Positions 38,000-48,793 of a stretch of 64,000 nucleotides of DNA are shown here, one piece after another. The notes under the pieces were generated by a model. It did no database searches. It was not told the DNA's origin and was given only the letters and a program-made list of their open reading frames with translations. The stretch is from the IMG/VR virus record IMGVR_UViG_3300015370_000011, positions 1-64,000 of that record; one strand, given 5' to 3'. The translations under genes were made by a program, and so were the position numbers. The stretch is from a virus. Every line of letters starts with the position of its first letter. Positions within the stretch are counted from its first letter, which is position 1.

Positions 38000-38732
38000 G
38001 CAATGGGCTCCCTACTCGTTGTAGTTCTCTATCTTTGAAAGATCTATATGTATGGCTATCAGAGATCCCCATATGTGTCACTAACGTTTTTGTATTCAAA
38101 TATCCTATCCAATAGCCTGCCTCTCCCGCAGCTTTACTGATTAACCTATCTGATCCATAAATAACACCTTTTGGATGCCCGCCCGCTTTTAGAAACTGTT
38201 CTCTCGGGGATAGACGGCAAACTCCGTTGACCATCCAAAAGTCTGGTTTGTAGCATATGTACATAGTTTTATTATGATCTATTCTGTGGGTTGTTCCTAA
38301 TGGATTCTTATACAGTTTCTTTCCAGATCTAAGTGCGAAAGATTCAGTATTTCCCCAATGCATATCATATCCAAGATACAATAGTTTGTCATGATTAAAT
38401 TGTACGTAGGCATCTACAAGATCCTGTGCAAAATTTTTAGGCACTATAATGTCATCATCTACTTTCAGTATAAAATCGGATTTTGCTTCTTCTGCTAAGA
38501 AGTTTATCGCTTCCAATCCATAATTTTTTTCTCCCGCAAATATTTTTGTTATTCTACAATCCGCCTTTGCGTATTCGTATAACCAGTCATAGGATCCATC
38601 TTCTGAGTGGTTGTCCCAGATTAGAACCTCATATTTTACATCTCCCATTTTACTAATTATATCTGGTATATACGTACTAGATAATTTCAATCTATTATAC
38701 GTCAAAATTAAAATAGAAACTGAAGAGGTCAT
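37992..38732 (-). CDS. Glycosyltransferase family 2
   Basis: ILTYNR, DNHSEDGS, KVDDD. Confidence 0.85.
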   Translation of the reverse strand: MTSSVSILILTYNRLKLSSTYIPDIISKMGDVKYEVLIWDNHSEDGSYDWLYEYAKADCRITKIFAGEKNYGLEAINFLAEEAKSDFILKVDDDIIVPKNFAQDLVDAYVQFNHDKLLYLGYDMHWGNTESFALRSGKKLYKNPLGTTHRIDHNKTMYICYKPDFWMVNGVCRLSPREQFLKAGGHPKGVIYGSDRLISKAAGEAGYWIGYLNTKTLVTHMGISDSHTYRSFKDRELQRVGSPLHV

Positions 38733-38738
38733 GTATAC

Positions 38739-39317
38739 CTACACCCGTATAGGAGATTTCGTAGCTTCTATATTTAAACTAATTAGTATACCGTTTTCTT
38801 TGTCCATATGTGGAATGTATGCCTGTGAATAATCATCAAACCCAGCCAAATCGCCTATAAATACTTTTTTCCAGTCCCAATTCGCTACGTTGTAAAAACC
38901 AGCATCTTTTAATGTCCTTGCCAACAATTTGTAGTCGTATAGCCTTTTGTGGCCAATAGTACAATCTTCAGTCGAGTTCCATATTCCAAAAATTGGCCCC
39001 TGTATTAATTCTACATTCATGTACATGGAATAAACTGAAAATAGGGATACAGCATCCGGTACCGCTACCCGCAAAATACCACCAGGCATCAGTTTAGAAT
39101 TCCAATGTTTCAGCACATTAACTACTTCATCTTTGTCAAAATACTCTATAACATGCGATGCGTATATTAACTGTACACTGCTATCCTCAACCATGCTCAA
39201 ATTTCTAATATCGGCCACATAGTCTATGTGATCATAATCAGACAAATCAACATGTACGTAACCCGGTAAGTAACGCTTTCCACAACCCAAATGTAGCTTT
39301 GTGTCAGCAACCCTCAT
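38739..39317 (-). CDS. Class I SAM-dependent methyltransferase
   Basis: KLHLGCG, ASHVIEY, LMPGGILRVAVPD. Confidence 0.85.
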   Translation of the reverse strand: MRVADTKLHLGCGKRYLPGYVHVDLSDYDHIDYVADIRNLSMVEDSSVQLIYASHVIEYFDKDEVVNVLKHWNSKLMPGGILRVAVPDAVSLFSVYSMYMNVELIQGPIFGIWNSTEDCTIGHKRLYDYKLLARTLKDAGFYNVANWDWKKVFIGDLAGFDDYSQAYIPHMDKENGILISLNIEATKSPIRV

Positions 39318-40411
39318 GTATTGCTCCTTTGCAATTCCTTCAGTACAACTTCACATGTTTTTTGAATATCTGACAGTGGCAGCGTTAGTGAAGACGGCAA
39401 CCACAAAGTACTGTTTATCAAATTACAAATAGGCTCATACACACTTACATTTAGAAATTCGCATCCTTCCCACGGTATTTGTGTATGCAGCGGCGGGTAT
39501 GCATACCTAGAACCTATTTTGTTTCTTGCAAGCTCTGCACATACGCTGTGCCTACTTCCTGCAACTACCAGATCCATTGCCCATGGTGTGTAACAATCAT
39601 TGTTAGGATCATGCACAAAATGCTCATTGCCGAGCAGTTCTTTATACGTACTATACACTTTTCTTTTCATGTTAAGTCTGTTGTGCAAATACCTAAGCTG
39701 TGATCTACCAACCACAGCCTGTAAATCAGTAAATTTGAAGTTGTACCCAATACTGGTATGTATATCCGAACCGGGCTTGTCTCGGCAAAAATCCTTCATC
39801 CCTTCTATTTTATTGTAATATTCTTCGTTGTTTGTCACAATTAGCCCGCCCTGGCCAGTAGTAATTATCTTGTGCGGCGATAACGAGTATACACCAATGT
39901 CGCCAAGTGTGCCCAAATATGTGCCACAAAATTGTGCCCCGAATGATTGACAGGCATCCTCAATTAATATGATCCCGTGTTCTTTACAAAACTCAACCAC
40001 TTTTTGTATGTTGCCACCACGACCATTTATAGAAACAAATATCAACGCCTTATAGTCTTTAGTGTTTTTTATATTATTCAAAACATTAATATTCATACAC
40101 AAGCAGTCGTCTACACCAACCAGTACTGGTTCTGCTCCAGCCAAATACACCGCATTAGCAGTAGCAGCCATAGTATAGTCAGGAACCAATACTCTATCAC
40201 CCGGTTTGATGCCGCATGCCTTCAAAGCCAAAAATAAGCCAATTGTGCCACTTGTTACAGCCGAACAAAATTTGACATGTACTGTATCAGACACTTCCTG
40301 TTCAAATTTTTGAGTTTCCTCAAACTCTGTTAACCACCCCCCGTTTCGCATGTAGTGCTCTACTGATCGTATGTCTTCCTCTGTTATGTGCGGTTCTATT
40401 TGCAATATCAT
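39314..40411 (-). CDS. DegT/DnrJ/EryC1/StrS aminotransferase (perosamine synthase-like)
   Basis: TSGT, EDACQSFG, SLSPHKIITTGQGG (PLP lysine), GYNFK, LWLPS. Confidence 0.9.
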   Translation of the reverse strand: MILQIEPHITEEDIRSVEHYMRNGGWLTEFEETQKFEQEVSDTVHVKFCSAVTSGTIGLFLALKACGIKPGDRVLVPDYTMAATANAVYLAGAEPVLVGVDDCLCMNINVLNNIKNTKDYKALIFVSINGRGGNIQKVVEFCKEHGIILIEDACQSFGAQFCGTYLGTLGDIGVYSLSPHKIITTGQGGLIVTNNEEYYNKIEGMKDFCRDKPGSDIHTSIGYNFKFTDLQAVVGRSQLRYLHNRLNMKRKVYSTYKELLGNEHFVHDPNNDCYTPWAMDLVVAGSRHSVCAELARNKIGSRYAYPPLHTQIPWEGCEFLNVSVYEPICNLINSTLWLPSSLTLPLSDIQKTCEVVLKELQRSNT

Positions 40412-40815
40412 ATTAGTACCCTGTCTTCATCATCATAGGTTACAAGATAGTGTCCAGGTTTTATTTCTAGCATTTTCGTCCCATTTTTCAGTACTTTGTA
40501 ACCAACTCCACCATTGAACAGTACGTATGTATCACCAGATTCAAGGATTCTAACATCTATCACCTTATCGTCTTCACCGAGCGTAGTAACTTCAACTCGC
40601 CCACTTAAGACTACCAAAGCTTCTTGCGTCTTTTGTATAGTTCTATGCCTTTCAATATGTTTATGTGCTCTCATGTTATGATCTGCTCTGTAATTAAAAG
40701 TAAGAACCTGAATGCAGTCCTCCTTATTGGTCAAAATATCCAAACCATCTTTGTAATCAGATAGCCTAATTATTTTAGCCAGCAATCTCTCGTTCTGCCA
40801 TAGTTCCGTATGCAT
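40408..40815 (-). CDS. Cupin-fold sugar-nucleotide protein
   Basis: AHKH...TQEAL...GD...EIKPG; between gmd and the aminotransferase. Confidence 0.7.
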   Translation of the reverse strand: MHTELWQNERLLAKIIRLSDYKDGLDILTNKEDCIQVLTFNYRADHNMRAHKHIERHRTIQKTQEALVVLSGRVEVTTLGEDDKVIDVRILESGDTYVLFNGGVGYKVLKNGTKMLEIKPGHYLVTYDDEDRVLI

Positions 40816-41779
40816 GTGTTTCCTCCTCCATTACGGAATCGATCATTTCTTGTATCAACTGATCTAAGTTTACTGTAGGTTCCCAACCTAGTACGTTTTT
40901 TATTTTTTCCGGATTTCCTCTCAAATCTGGCACTTCTGATGGGCGAGTATATTTTATGTCAAATTTTACGTATCTATTGACATCCAAGTCTAATTTTTCA
41001 AATACTTTATCTAAAAATTCCTTGATTGCATAATGTTCACCAGTTGCTACTACAAAATCATCCGGGTATGCGTGTTCTATAATTTTTATTATGGCAGACA
41101 TGTAATCGCGGCTGTGTCCCCAATCCCTACGTGCTAACAAGTTACCAAGAACAAGATTATGCTGCTTGCCAAGCTTTATGCGCACAGCACCACGAACTAT
41201 TTTCTTAGTTACAAATGTTTCACCGCGCCTCTTTGACTCGTGGTTCATCAATATGCCATTGCATGCAAATAATCCATAGGATTTTCTGTACAGCCTAGTC
41301 ATGTGATACGCAGCCAATTTTGCTATCCCATACGGACTTTGTGGATTCATTTTACTGTTTTCATCTTGCAATGGTGGTGTGTCACCAAACATCTCAGAAG
41401 AGCTGGCTTGGTAAAAACGAGTTGTTTTTTGCAGCCCCATTCTTCTAATGGATTCCAATATGCGTGTAGGTCCGATTGCATTAACATCAACCGTATATAC
41501 TGGAATATCAAATGATACACGAACATGAGACATACTTGCAAGATTGTAAATATAGTCGGGTTTTAATTCGTAAATAATACTGTCCAATCCATTACCCAAG
41601 TCACCATACACCAGATTTATTTTTTCTTCCGGGAAAAGCAAATGATCAATCCTAGATGTAGTAATAGTACTCGACCTTCTAACAACACCATATACTTGAT
41701 GTCCCCTTTCAAGCAGAAGCTCTGCCAAATAACTACCGTCTTGACCAGTTATCCCTGTTACCAAAGAAATAGTTGACAT
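40775..41779 (-). CDS. gmd: GDP-mannose 4,6-dehydratase
   Basis: TGITGQDGSYL, SHVRVSF, YQASSSE, SPYGIAK, NHES.RRGETFVTKKI, RDWGH. Confidence 0.95.
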   Translation of the reverse strand: MSTISLVTGITGQDGSYLAELLLERGHQVYGVVRRSSTITTSRIDHLLFPEEKINLVYGDLGNGLDSIIYELKPDYIYNLASMSHVRVSFDIPVYTVDVNAIGPTRILESIRRMGLQKTTRFYQASSSEMFGDTPPLQDENSKMNPQSPYGIAKLAAYHMTRLYRKSYGLFACNGILMNHESKRRGETFVTKKIVRGAVRIKLGKQHNLVLGNLLARRDWGHSRDYMSAIIKIIEHAYPDDFVVATGEHYAIKEFLDKVFEKLDLDVNRYVKFDIKYTRPSEVPDLRGNPEKIKNVLGWEPTVNLDQLIQEMIDSVMEEETHAYGTMAEREIAG

Positions 41780-42439
41780 CTATCCCTCCCGTTTTTCTAA
41801 TACGAGTACTGGGTTTTCCACATTGCGCTTATCGCTAAGTATTTTGTATTTCTTTATATCTATATTAGAAATCTGAAAAGAATTAAACTGCACTCTTCTA
41901 TTCCAAATTTTACTGCTACTGTACGCATTTCTCAATTCACTCCTAATACCAAACATGAGTATGGCTTTTTTGGTTAAAAAGCTGCGTATCGAATCTAAGT
42001 ATGACTGTATCGGCCAATGAAATCCTATCGCTTTAAAGCTATAACATAAATCAATAGTATCCAACGGTGGAAGTTGGCCCATTTGCGCATTTAGTATCTT
42101 CATTTTATCGTGCCTAATACCATTGGTTAGACAGAAATCCTTAGTCGCTTTCAGCGAGTTATAATAATCCGTACCCAATACATAATGAATACCTGCTACT
42201 TGCTTATCCCCAGAATCCCCGTCCAATAAGTAAAAGGTAGAGTCCCATAAGTATTTTTTATACAAGTATACAGTAACTCTACCTATACCGCACCCTATCT
42301 CTAAACACGCTTTTGGTTTTATTTTGTCTAAAAACGTATTAGCTTCTTGTGTATCTCGGCATTCGGTATAGTCATCCAAATTATTGTTGCACTGAAGATT
42401 GGCGTATTTTTTTGCCGTGTTTGGTATACATATTTCCAT
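41780..42439 (-). CDS. Class I SAM-dependent methyltransferase
   Basis: LEIGCGIGR, DLCYS...GFHWP. Confidence 0.75.
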   Translation of the reverse strand: MEICIPNTAKKYANLQCNNNLDDYTECRDTQEANTFLDKIKPKACLEIGCGIGRVTVYLYKKYLWDSTFYLLDGDSGDKQVAGIHYVLGTDYYNSLKATKDFCLTNGIRHDKMKILNAQMGQLPPLDTIDLCYSFKAIGFHWPIQSYLDSIRSFLTKKAILMFGIRSELRNAYSSSKIWNRRVQFNSFQISNIDIKKYKILSDKRNVENPVLVLEKREG

Positions 42440-43455
42440 CAGTGTACACCATTCTCATTGATAATTTTAAGAAGTTGCTGCGCTCTATTGGTGTAGGTAT
42501 GCTCAGTTAGAATTTTCTTTTGCCCATTTAAAGCTATACTTTTCCTAACCCCTACGTGCTTCAAATAGTAGTTAAATCTATGTTTGAAAGTGGGCCAATC
42601 TTCATAAAACGACAATTCCTTATTATGTGCAAACACCTGTTCAATACCCGGGTTATGATCTACCATTAAAAAGCCGCCAGTACCCATAACTAAAAACACC
42701 CGATCATTTAAATACATACGCGCTAAATTTACATGATTTGAAATATTAATTCTGGCTTTACTAAAGAGATTTGGTAAAGAGCGCCAATCGGTATGCATAC
42801 CTTTGTAGTACGGTTTTAGTTTTTCATCTCCTTGTATAAAAATAGTCCCATCAGATTTTTTTACTTGGTTATTACTAATCCATGTATTACTTCCGTATAT
42901 TTCCAAAGATAAACCTTGTTTTGCAATCCAAAGTAATATATCTTTTCTTGGTATGGCGGTGCATGCATATGGCGTGCCCACGAATATAACATCTATTTTA
43001 TCTTTTTCATTAATATTACATTCTTGCCTTACTTCGCTATCCCATGCAGGCCAGAACAAATAAGGCTTAATACCAGCTTTTATATACACATTAAATTTTT
43101 CTGTAGAGCAACTTAGTGCAATATCATATCCTCTATACATACCCAGAGAAATAAACTTAGGAATAAAAAAAGGATCATCTTGCGACCAGTAAATATTTAA
43201 CTTAGTTATTTTACGAATAGCTATATTAGTCTCCGGGCATATAAATCTACCCCATTTAAATCCTTTTGAACAGATATATACATCAGGCTTATGCTCTTTT
43301 ATTTGGTTTAGCAACACGTTGCTATATGTTTTCCAATCGGAATCAGATTGTATATACTGTACCCACGGAGCGGCACCCTGAACTACCTGATGTCCGGCTA
43401 TTCGTAGTGTATTTACCAACTGATGGTATCCGCCACCATTAAAGAATATTTTCAT
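42439..43455 (-). CDS. CgeB-like GT-B glycosyltransferase
   Basis: DDP, DVIFVG, KARINIS, NDRVF..MGTGGF, EHTYTNRA. Confidence 0.8.
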   Translation of the reverse strand: MKIFFNGGGYHQLVNTLRIAGHQVVQGAAPWVQYIQSDSDWKTYSNVLLNQIKEHKPDVYICSKGFKWGRFICPETNIAIRKITKLNIYWSQDDPFFIPKFISLGMYRGYDIALSCSTEKFNVYIKAGIKPYLFWPAWDSEVRQECNINEKDKIDVIFVGTPYACTAIPRKDILLWIAKQGLSLEIYGSNTWISNNQVKKSDGTIFIQGDEKLKPYYKGMHTDWRSLPNLFSKARINISNHVNLARMYLNDRVFLVMGTGGFLMVDHNPGIEQVFAHNKELSFYEDWPTFKHRFNYYLKHVGVRKSIALNGQKKILTEHTYTNRAQQLLKIINENGVH

Positions 43456-44163
43456 CTATATTCCTTTTGACTCAAATAGCTGTTTATTTTTACGTATAAG
43501 TGCGTGATTAAAATAGTTTTTATTCCTATCGTGCGGTAAATGAATCATAGATGTCAAGGTATCTACCCAAACAATTGATAATCCTAACGCCCTAGCCCGC
43601 AGCTCCAGATCTTTATCCTCATATCCCCACCCGTCGTATCGTTCATCGTGTCCACCAATCTGTCTAAGTTTATCGGTAGAGAAACACTGACAGCATCCCT
43701 CACCATGCGGCTCTCTTTGCGGATTCTTTTTTACCCAATTTAAATACATGTGGTATTTCATATTATTTATCTGATGTGGAGGAAAACTCGGCGGCTTTTT
43801 AGCAAAATAGGTTTTGCATTTAACAAATACGTTTTTATTGCTAGCATTAGATAAAATATTGAAAAAATTTGGTTGAAAGATCTGATCTATATCAGTCAGA
43901 CACGTAAATTCAGTTTTTACTGCATCTATACCTAAGTTTAATGCTTTAGCTTTATTAAACTTGGGGGCTACATCAACCCTAACAACACGCAACCATTTAT
44001 ATTCATTTTCAAGCTCTTTCATATTGATTGTACTGCCATAATCAATTAGTATGCATGGTACCGTTGGCGTACAGGCATTTATCGAGGATAAGCAATATGC
44101 AGAATTTAAGCGTCTATCCTTACAAGCAATTACAGCAGTGATTTTATTAGTTTTATTCTCCAT
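43456..44163 (-). CDS. GT-A glycosyltransferase (GT2 with GT7-like C-terminus)
   Basis: DYGS, FNKAKALN, DID, GGHDERYDGWGYED. Confidence 0.85.
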   Translation of the reverse strand: MENKTNKITAVIACKDRRLNSAYCLSSINACTPTVPCILIDYGSTINMKELENEYKWLRVVRVDVAPKFNKAKALNLGIDAVKTEFTCLTDIDQIFQPNFFNILSNASNKNVFVKCKTYFAKKPPSFPPHQINNMKYHMYLNWVKKNPQREPHGEGCCQCFSTDKLRQIGGHDERYDGWGYEDKDLELRARALGLSIVWVDTLTSMIHLPHDRNKNYFNHALIRKNKQLFESKGI

Positions 44164-44166
44164 TTA

Positions 44167-44778
44167 TTAGTACCTATATTTAAACTCTTCTATATCCTCA
44201 GCAAACATTTTCTTTACTAAATTTTTTGAATGCGAATTGTAATAAGCATTATAATGACGATGCGAAGTAATATTCTTTTTTACTAACACGCACGGAACGT
44301 TTATTATTTTACATATCTCTTCAAAATCTTTATTAAATTCTTCTACTCTTCCAATTTTATTGACTATTATATTACCAACGGTATCGATTATATAGTTTTT
44401 TTGTCCACCACGTATAGGAAATTCATATGTGTCCCATTTCAACATCCAAATAACAAAGGTATTAAAATTCATAGATTGGATTTTTTTATGTCTCGGATCT
44501 CTTCTGTCTCTTTTTATATAAAAATAGATAGATACAACCCAGTCCCATGGATTCCTAACAAATGCAAATGTAAAATATTCGTTCCATTTATTAACATATT
44601 TTATAGCGGTTCTAGCAAAAACGTGCTTTTGTAATTCCTTATTGCGTTGCTGTATTGAAAATGGATGTGCCCATACGCCTACTGTGGCATACGCACCTAA
44701 AACATGTCGCACACTCATACCAGCAGTCTTAGGAATATGTATAAACACAAATTTTTTTGTATCAGATATTATCATCAA
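44167..44778 (-). CDS. Sulfotransferase (Sulfotransfer_2-like)
   Basis: FIHIPKTAGMS (5'-PSB), FVRNPWDWVVS (3'-PB), EDIEEFKY. Confidence 0.85.
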   Translation of the reverse strand: MMIISDTKKFVFIHIPKTAGMSVRHVLGAYATVGVWAHPFSIQQRNKELQKHVFARTAIKYVNKWNEYFTFAFVRNPWDWVVSIYFYIKRDRRDPRHKKIQSMNFNTFVIWMLKWDTYEFPIRGGQKNYIIDTVGNIIVNKIGRVEEFNKDFEEICKIINVPCVLVKKNITSHRHYNAYYNSHSKNLVKKMFAEDIEEFKYRY

Positions 44779-44832
44779 TTCTCCTAAGTGATGTATTTAT
44801 ATTAGTATCAGATAGGAAGCAGACAAATATGC

Positions 44833-45564
44833 TTATGCTATATTCGCCCTATTGCATAATTCATAGTACAAATTCATTGTCCTTTCAGATAAAGTATACG
44901 CTTCCGGTGTGCGCGCACTAGATCTATTTAATTTTACATCTGGAAAAACGCGATCTACGGGCGCGTCTAAAAAGCAAGATAATCTATTTATGCCTTCCTT
45001 ACATAGCATATATTCATAGGATACGTATAGCCACTCACCTTTTTTAGAGTGTATATTCAATACCCACTCATACATGGAACACCACACAGTTTCTGCCGTC
45101 ACATTATTAAACTCCAGTGTGCGCAAATATCTTGCTGTTTTCTTCTCTTTAATCATGCTTTTTATAGTACTGTGCGGGTGTCTAAATACGCACACAAATC
45201 TAGTATTAATTAGATAAGGATTCCATAGATGAAGCGTATAGCAGAACCGGGGGTCTTTGTAACAATAGTACTTTCTAGATGTCATTTTTCTAATTTTTCG
45301 ACGGATTTCTACATCACTAGTTATTAAACTAGACGTTGGTACCGCCGTAAGCCACCAATGCCCCCGTTCAACATCTGGATTTAATCGTCTTAAACTTGCT
45401 TCATTTATATCTAAATTTATAAACGCGCTCTCAAAAAACCCTTTTGGATTTGCCGGGCTCGGCGGTATCAAATCGGTTCCCATAAAATACTTGCCGTTGT
45501 TGAGGATACCCGCTACTAAACTAGTTCCACTTCTACCAGAACCAAGGATCATGCAATTATACAT
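44833..45564 (-). CDS. Sulfotransferase family protein
   Basis: ILGSGRSGTS, NPKGFFE, KDPR, FRHP..S. Confidence 0.85.
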   Translation of the reverse strand: MYNCMILGSGRSGTSLVAGILNNGKYFMGTDLIPPSPANPKGFFESAFINLDINEASLRRLNPDVERGHWWLTAVPTSSLITSDVEIRRKIRKMTSRKYYCYKDPRFCYTLHLWNPYLINTRFVCVFRHPHSTIKSMIKEKKTARYLRTLEFNNVTAETVWCSMYEWVLNIHSKKGEWLYVSYEYMLCKEGINRLSCFLDAPVDRVFPDVKLNRSSARTPEAYTLSERTMNLYYELCNRANIA

Positions 45565-46455
45565 TTATACTCCAAAGATTATAGACAATCTTTGTAAGAA
45601 TTTATTTGAATCGACATATTTATTTATTGTGTTATTATGATACCATGGGCAGGAAAGCATGTGCATATATTCAGAATCATTTTTATCTATTGTTTCTATT
45701 CTTTCTATTAAATACCTAAACATATCGTTGGTCGATTTATGTGTTCTATCGTAGGTACTTATAAAACTATCCGTATTAAAGTCTAAATGGATTAATGGAT
45801 TACCCCAGTAGATAGGTATACAACCAGCTTTCATAGCGTGGTAAATTTTTTCAGACACATAACCTGGATATGATGAATTCTCAAACGCTATCACAAATTT
45901 GTACTCACTTAAATACTCCAACTTTTCATCATAAAAATTACCCAGACCGTACCTTGACTCATACGGGGTTTTATATTCACCTATTGGCTTACTATTATTA
46001 CAGCACATACCCGGCGCATCTACTTTTCTATATTTAGACAAAGCAACAAAAAATTCATCTCTAATAGGAACACAATGACTGTATATAAAAGCGCAAAATT
46101 TTCTCTTTTTAGTAATCATAAGTTTTGAATAATCGTCATTTTTAATCAAATCGACGCCAGCTCCATTCCTGACATAGCTAGGATGTCTCATATACCTAGC
46201 GTGGTTTACTTCCTCCTCATAATCTGTTCCAAAAGACCATTCACACCTGGTGTCTGGCCTCACATTTTCATAGTTGTAGTAAATCCTAGTATATCTACCT
46301 CTAGGAATTCGCAAACCGCAGAACATGAAATCTGGGTTATTAGAGTCCACCAAATTAAACCTATTAAAAACATGTGGCATTTTTTTAAAAAATTTTTTAA
46401 CATTCATGTCGTTGCTATAAACTTTTCTAAAACCGATTTTTATTGTATTAGGCAT
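45565..46455 (-). CDS. GT10 alpha-1,3-fucosyltransferase-like
   Basis: YKFVIAFENSSYPGYVSEKI..A...CIPIYWG. Confidence 0.9.
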   Translation of the reverse strand: MPNTIKIGFRKVYSNDMNVKKFFKKMPHVFNRFNLVDSNNPDFMFCGLRIPRGRYTRIYYNYENVRPDTRCEWSFGTDYEEEVNHARYMRHPSYVRNGAGVDLIKNDDYSKLMITKKRKFCAFIYSHCVPIRDEFFVALSKYRKVDAPGMCCNNSKPIGEYKTPYESRYGLGNFYDEKLEYLSEYKFVIAFENSSYPGYVSEKIYHAMKAGCIPIYWGNPLIHLDFNTDSFISTYDRTHKSTNDMFRYLIERIETIDKNDSEYMHMLSCPWYHNNTINKYVDSNKFLQRLSIIFGV

Positions 46456-47110
46456 TTGATTTTTCTATGAATTCCAACTTTTCATGTATATTTAAGCTTT
46501 CATTTTTATACAGCTCAATCAAACCCCAACCAACTAACGGATGGTATTTGGAAGTATGTTCCGTATACTTCGGATAATATAGCCTATATTTTGTTTTGGC
46601 GTTTATACTATTACGAACATACACATATGAACAAACGTGTTCGGCATATGTATCAAATTGAAACTGCTTTTTACCGGGTATCTGAAAATCATCTATAAGC
46701 ACAAATGCGTTGTTACATCGCGAAGTTATAAATGATATTTCAAAAAGGAGTGGCCACTCAAATCTTCCTCCATGTGCATCTAACCAGAACAACGTTGGGC
46801 TCTCGAACGAGAAATCTTTGTGCTTCAATAACGAATTAAAAAAAGTCCTGGAATCTGTGTTAAATACTCTAGCATTTTTCATCTTTTTTATATTATCGCA
46901 CGCTCGTTGATACTTTTCTTTGTCCGGTTCACAACTATAGCATTTTATGCGTTTATATGTGCTCGCAAAATAGCGTAAAGTGGCTGCGATATTAGTGCCA
47001 GTTTCAATGAATACAGCAACTTTATCAGCCAAAAAATCTACTAGTTCGAGTAGATACCTATCGCCATGAAATCCAATTGGTGGGTATACTGGTGGATATA
47101 TTGGGCGCAT
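46448..47110 (-). CDS. Methyltransferase-like protein
   Basis: FIETGT, SCE, DS, LFWLDAH, LIDD. Confidence 0.7.
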   Translation of the reverse strand: MRPIYPPVYPPIGFHGDRYLLELVDFLADKVAVFIETGTNIAATLRYFASTYKRIKCYSCEPDKEKYQRACDNIKKMKNARVFNTDSRTFFNSLLKHKDFSFESPTLFWLDAHGGRFEWPLLFEISFITSRCNNAFVLIDDFQIPGKKQFQFDTYAEHVCSYVYVRNSINAKTKYRLYYPKYTEHTSKYHPLVGWGLIELYKNESLNIHEKLEFIEKSNA

Positions 47111-47130
47111 ACTTCCTCTAGTGCTTAATG

Positions 47131-47253
47131 TTATTGTTGAAGTACGGTATAATTGGGGTTTATTATATTACTCGTATTAGCCATATAAAAAAACTTGTCT
47201 CTATTTGCTATACAAGTACCTTGTCCTGGAGAAGCTGGGGATATTTTACTCAT
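47131..47253 (-). pseudogene. 40-aa ORF, possible gene remnant
   Basis: ATGA-coupled to the FkbM gene; MSKISPASPGQGTCIANRDKFFY...QQ*. Confidence 0.3.
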
Positions 47254-47960
47254 TTTATATATCCAGATTTGATTGGGTGTTCAGTATGAATTAATTGCTT
47301 ATGTGGGATTATTTGTGCGTTTTTAACAACATCAACATCTTCCTTTTTACAATAAAATACATTGTTTCCAGTTTTTCTGGCAAATAAATACGCGGCAGAT
47401 GCTAGATACTTTTGCAATTTTATTTCCCTATTTTTATCAATTGCTTCTAAAACAAGAATGCGTGGTTTATATTTGCATAGAGTAAATCCCCGCAGTACAT
47501 CCAATTCAGTTCCTTCGACATCAATAGATACCACATCAACTTTATGTATTCCTACTTCTTCTAGAATGGAATCTACAGTACGCATTGGTACGGGTATTTT
47601 TTTATACCCATAAAATGCTTTTGGATAGGCGCTTTTAAAATAGCTTTCCATAGAACCATCTAAAGTAGACAATGTGCCCAACTTATTAGCAAATAAGATA
47701 GCGAAATCTCTGTCTTGAAGAGAAACAGCAGCGTGTATCACAGTAGCAGTGGGTCTATTCTTTCTAAGAATGCTAATATAATCCGGATGTGCCTCGGCAC
47801 AAACACCACTCCACCCAGCTAATTCAAAGCTATATGAGTTACTAAATCTTTTTCCATCTAATGCACCAACATCTAAATACGTACCGATATATGAATTATC
47901 AAATATAGACCACAGTATACAATCTTCCCCGTTTTGCCCGTAGAATTTGTCTGTTTTCAT
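47250..47960 (-). CDS. FkbM-family methyltransferase
   Basis: YGQNGED, LDVGALDG...SNS, SIDVEGTE. Confidence 0.9.
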   Translation of the reverse strand: MKTDKFYGQNGEDCILWSIFDNSYIGTYLDVGALDGKRFSNSYSFELAGWSGVCAEAHPDYISILRKNRPTATVIHAAVSLQDRDFAILFANKLGTLSTLDGSMESYFKSAYPKAFYGYKKIPVPMRTVDSILEEVGIHKVDVVSIDVEGTELDVLRGFTLCKYKPRILVLEAIDKNREIKLQKYLASAAYLFARKTGNNVFYCKKEDVDVVKNAQIIPHKQLIHTEHPIKSGYIK

Positions 47961-48793
47961 TTGTTCGTCCTCTTTTTTATGTGTTCTTTCTTAGAATCCA
48001 CCCGTATATCTCGTATATCTATGTAAGTTTGTTTATTCGGATTTCCTTTTTTAATTGCTAACAATCTATTATTGACTTTCATCGGGTTTTTATATGTGGT
48101 GAGCCACACATCTCTGCGTTCCCATAGCATATACTTTGAATATCCTTTTGGATGCCACATATGATATAAATTATGCTTAAATTTAAATTCTCTGCCAAGG
48201 ATCTTTAATGCTCTCCATGCTATATCATTATCATTTCCTCCCCATCCTAAATAGTTCTCATTATATTCACCAAGTTTGTTATAAAAAAAATTTTTTGTTA
48301 TACAAACGGCAAAACCAGCGTAATCTAATGTACCTGAACAGTATACTTCAGCATTCGATATGTACTCATTTTCTATGTCTTTATTGGTATGGACTTTATC
48401 TGAATTTTCTGGTGTTAAACAGTACATATTATTCCAAGCAATGAAGTATGGAGCATCGAAATTGTATACAGATTGTAGATAATTATCGGTGCACACTATA
48501 TCAATATCATAAAACAAAAATTTGTCTCCATCGGAAATGCGTGCGCCTACGTTTGCCATCCATGGTTGATTAAAATGGTTTTCTCCAGGATCTCTAATTT
48601 TTAAATATTTGTCTATACCGGGTACATTTTCGTAGAGCGGGCCACCAGTCCTGCTTCCACCGAGCATTGCGTCTATCTGTTCAATTAAAACAATTTCAAA
48701 ATCTTTCCAAGATTGCTTACGCAAAAAGGTAATACATGTTTCTACATGTTTTTTTCTATTTTCACCAGTTATAGGGATTATTACAGAAAGCAT
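47957..48793 (-). CDS. GT-A glycosyltransferase (GT2/GT7-like)
   Basis: SVIIP, FNQPW..NVG, YDID, NENYLGWGGND, HMWH. Confidence 0.8.
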   Translation of the reverse strand: MLSVIIPITGENRKKHVETCITFLRKQSWKDFEIVLIEQIDAMLGGSRTGGPLYENVPGIDKYLKIRDPGENHFNQPWMANVGARISDGDKFLFYDIDIVCTDNYLQSVYNFDAPYFIAWNNMYCLTPENSDKVHTNKDIENEYISNAEVYCSGTLDYAGFAVCITKNFFYNKLGEYNENYLGWGGNDNDIAWRALKILGREFKFKHNLYHMWHPKGYSKYMLWERRDVWLTTYKNPMKVNNRLLAIKKGNPNKQTYIDIRDIRVDSKKEHIKKRTNK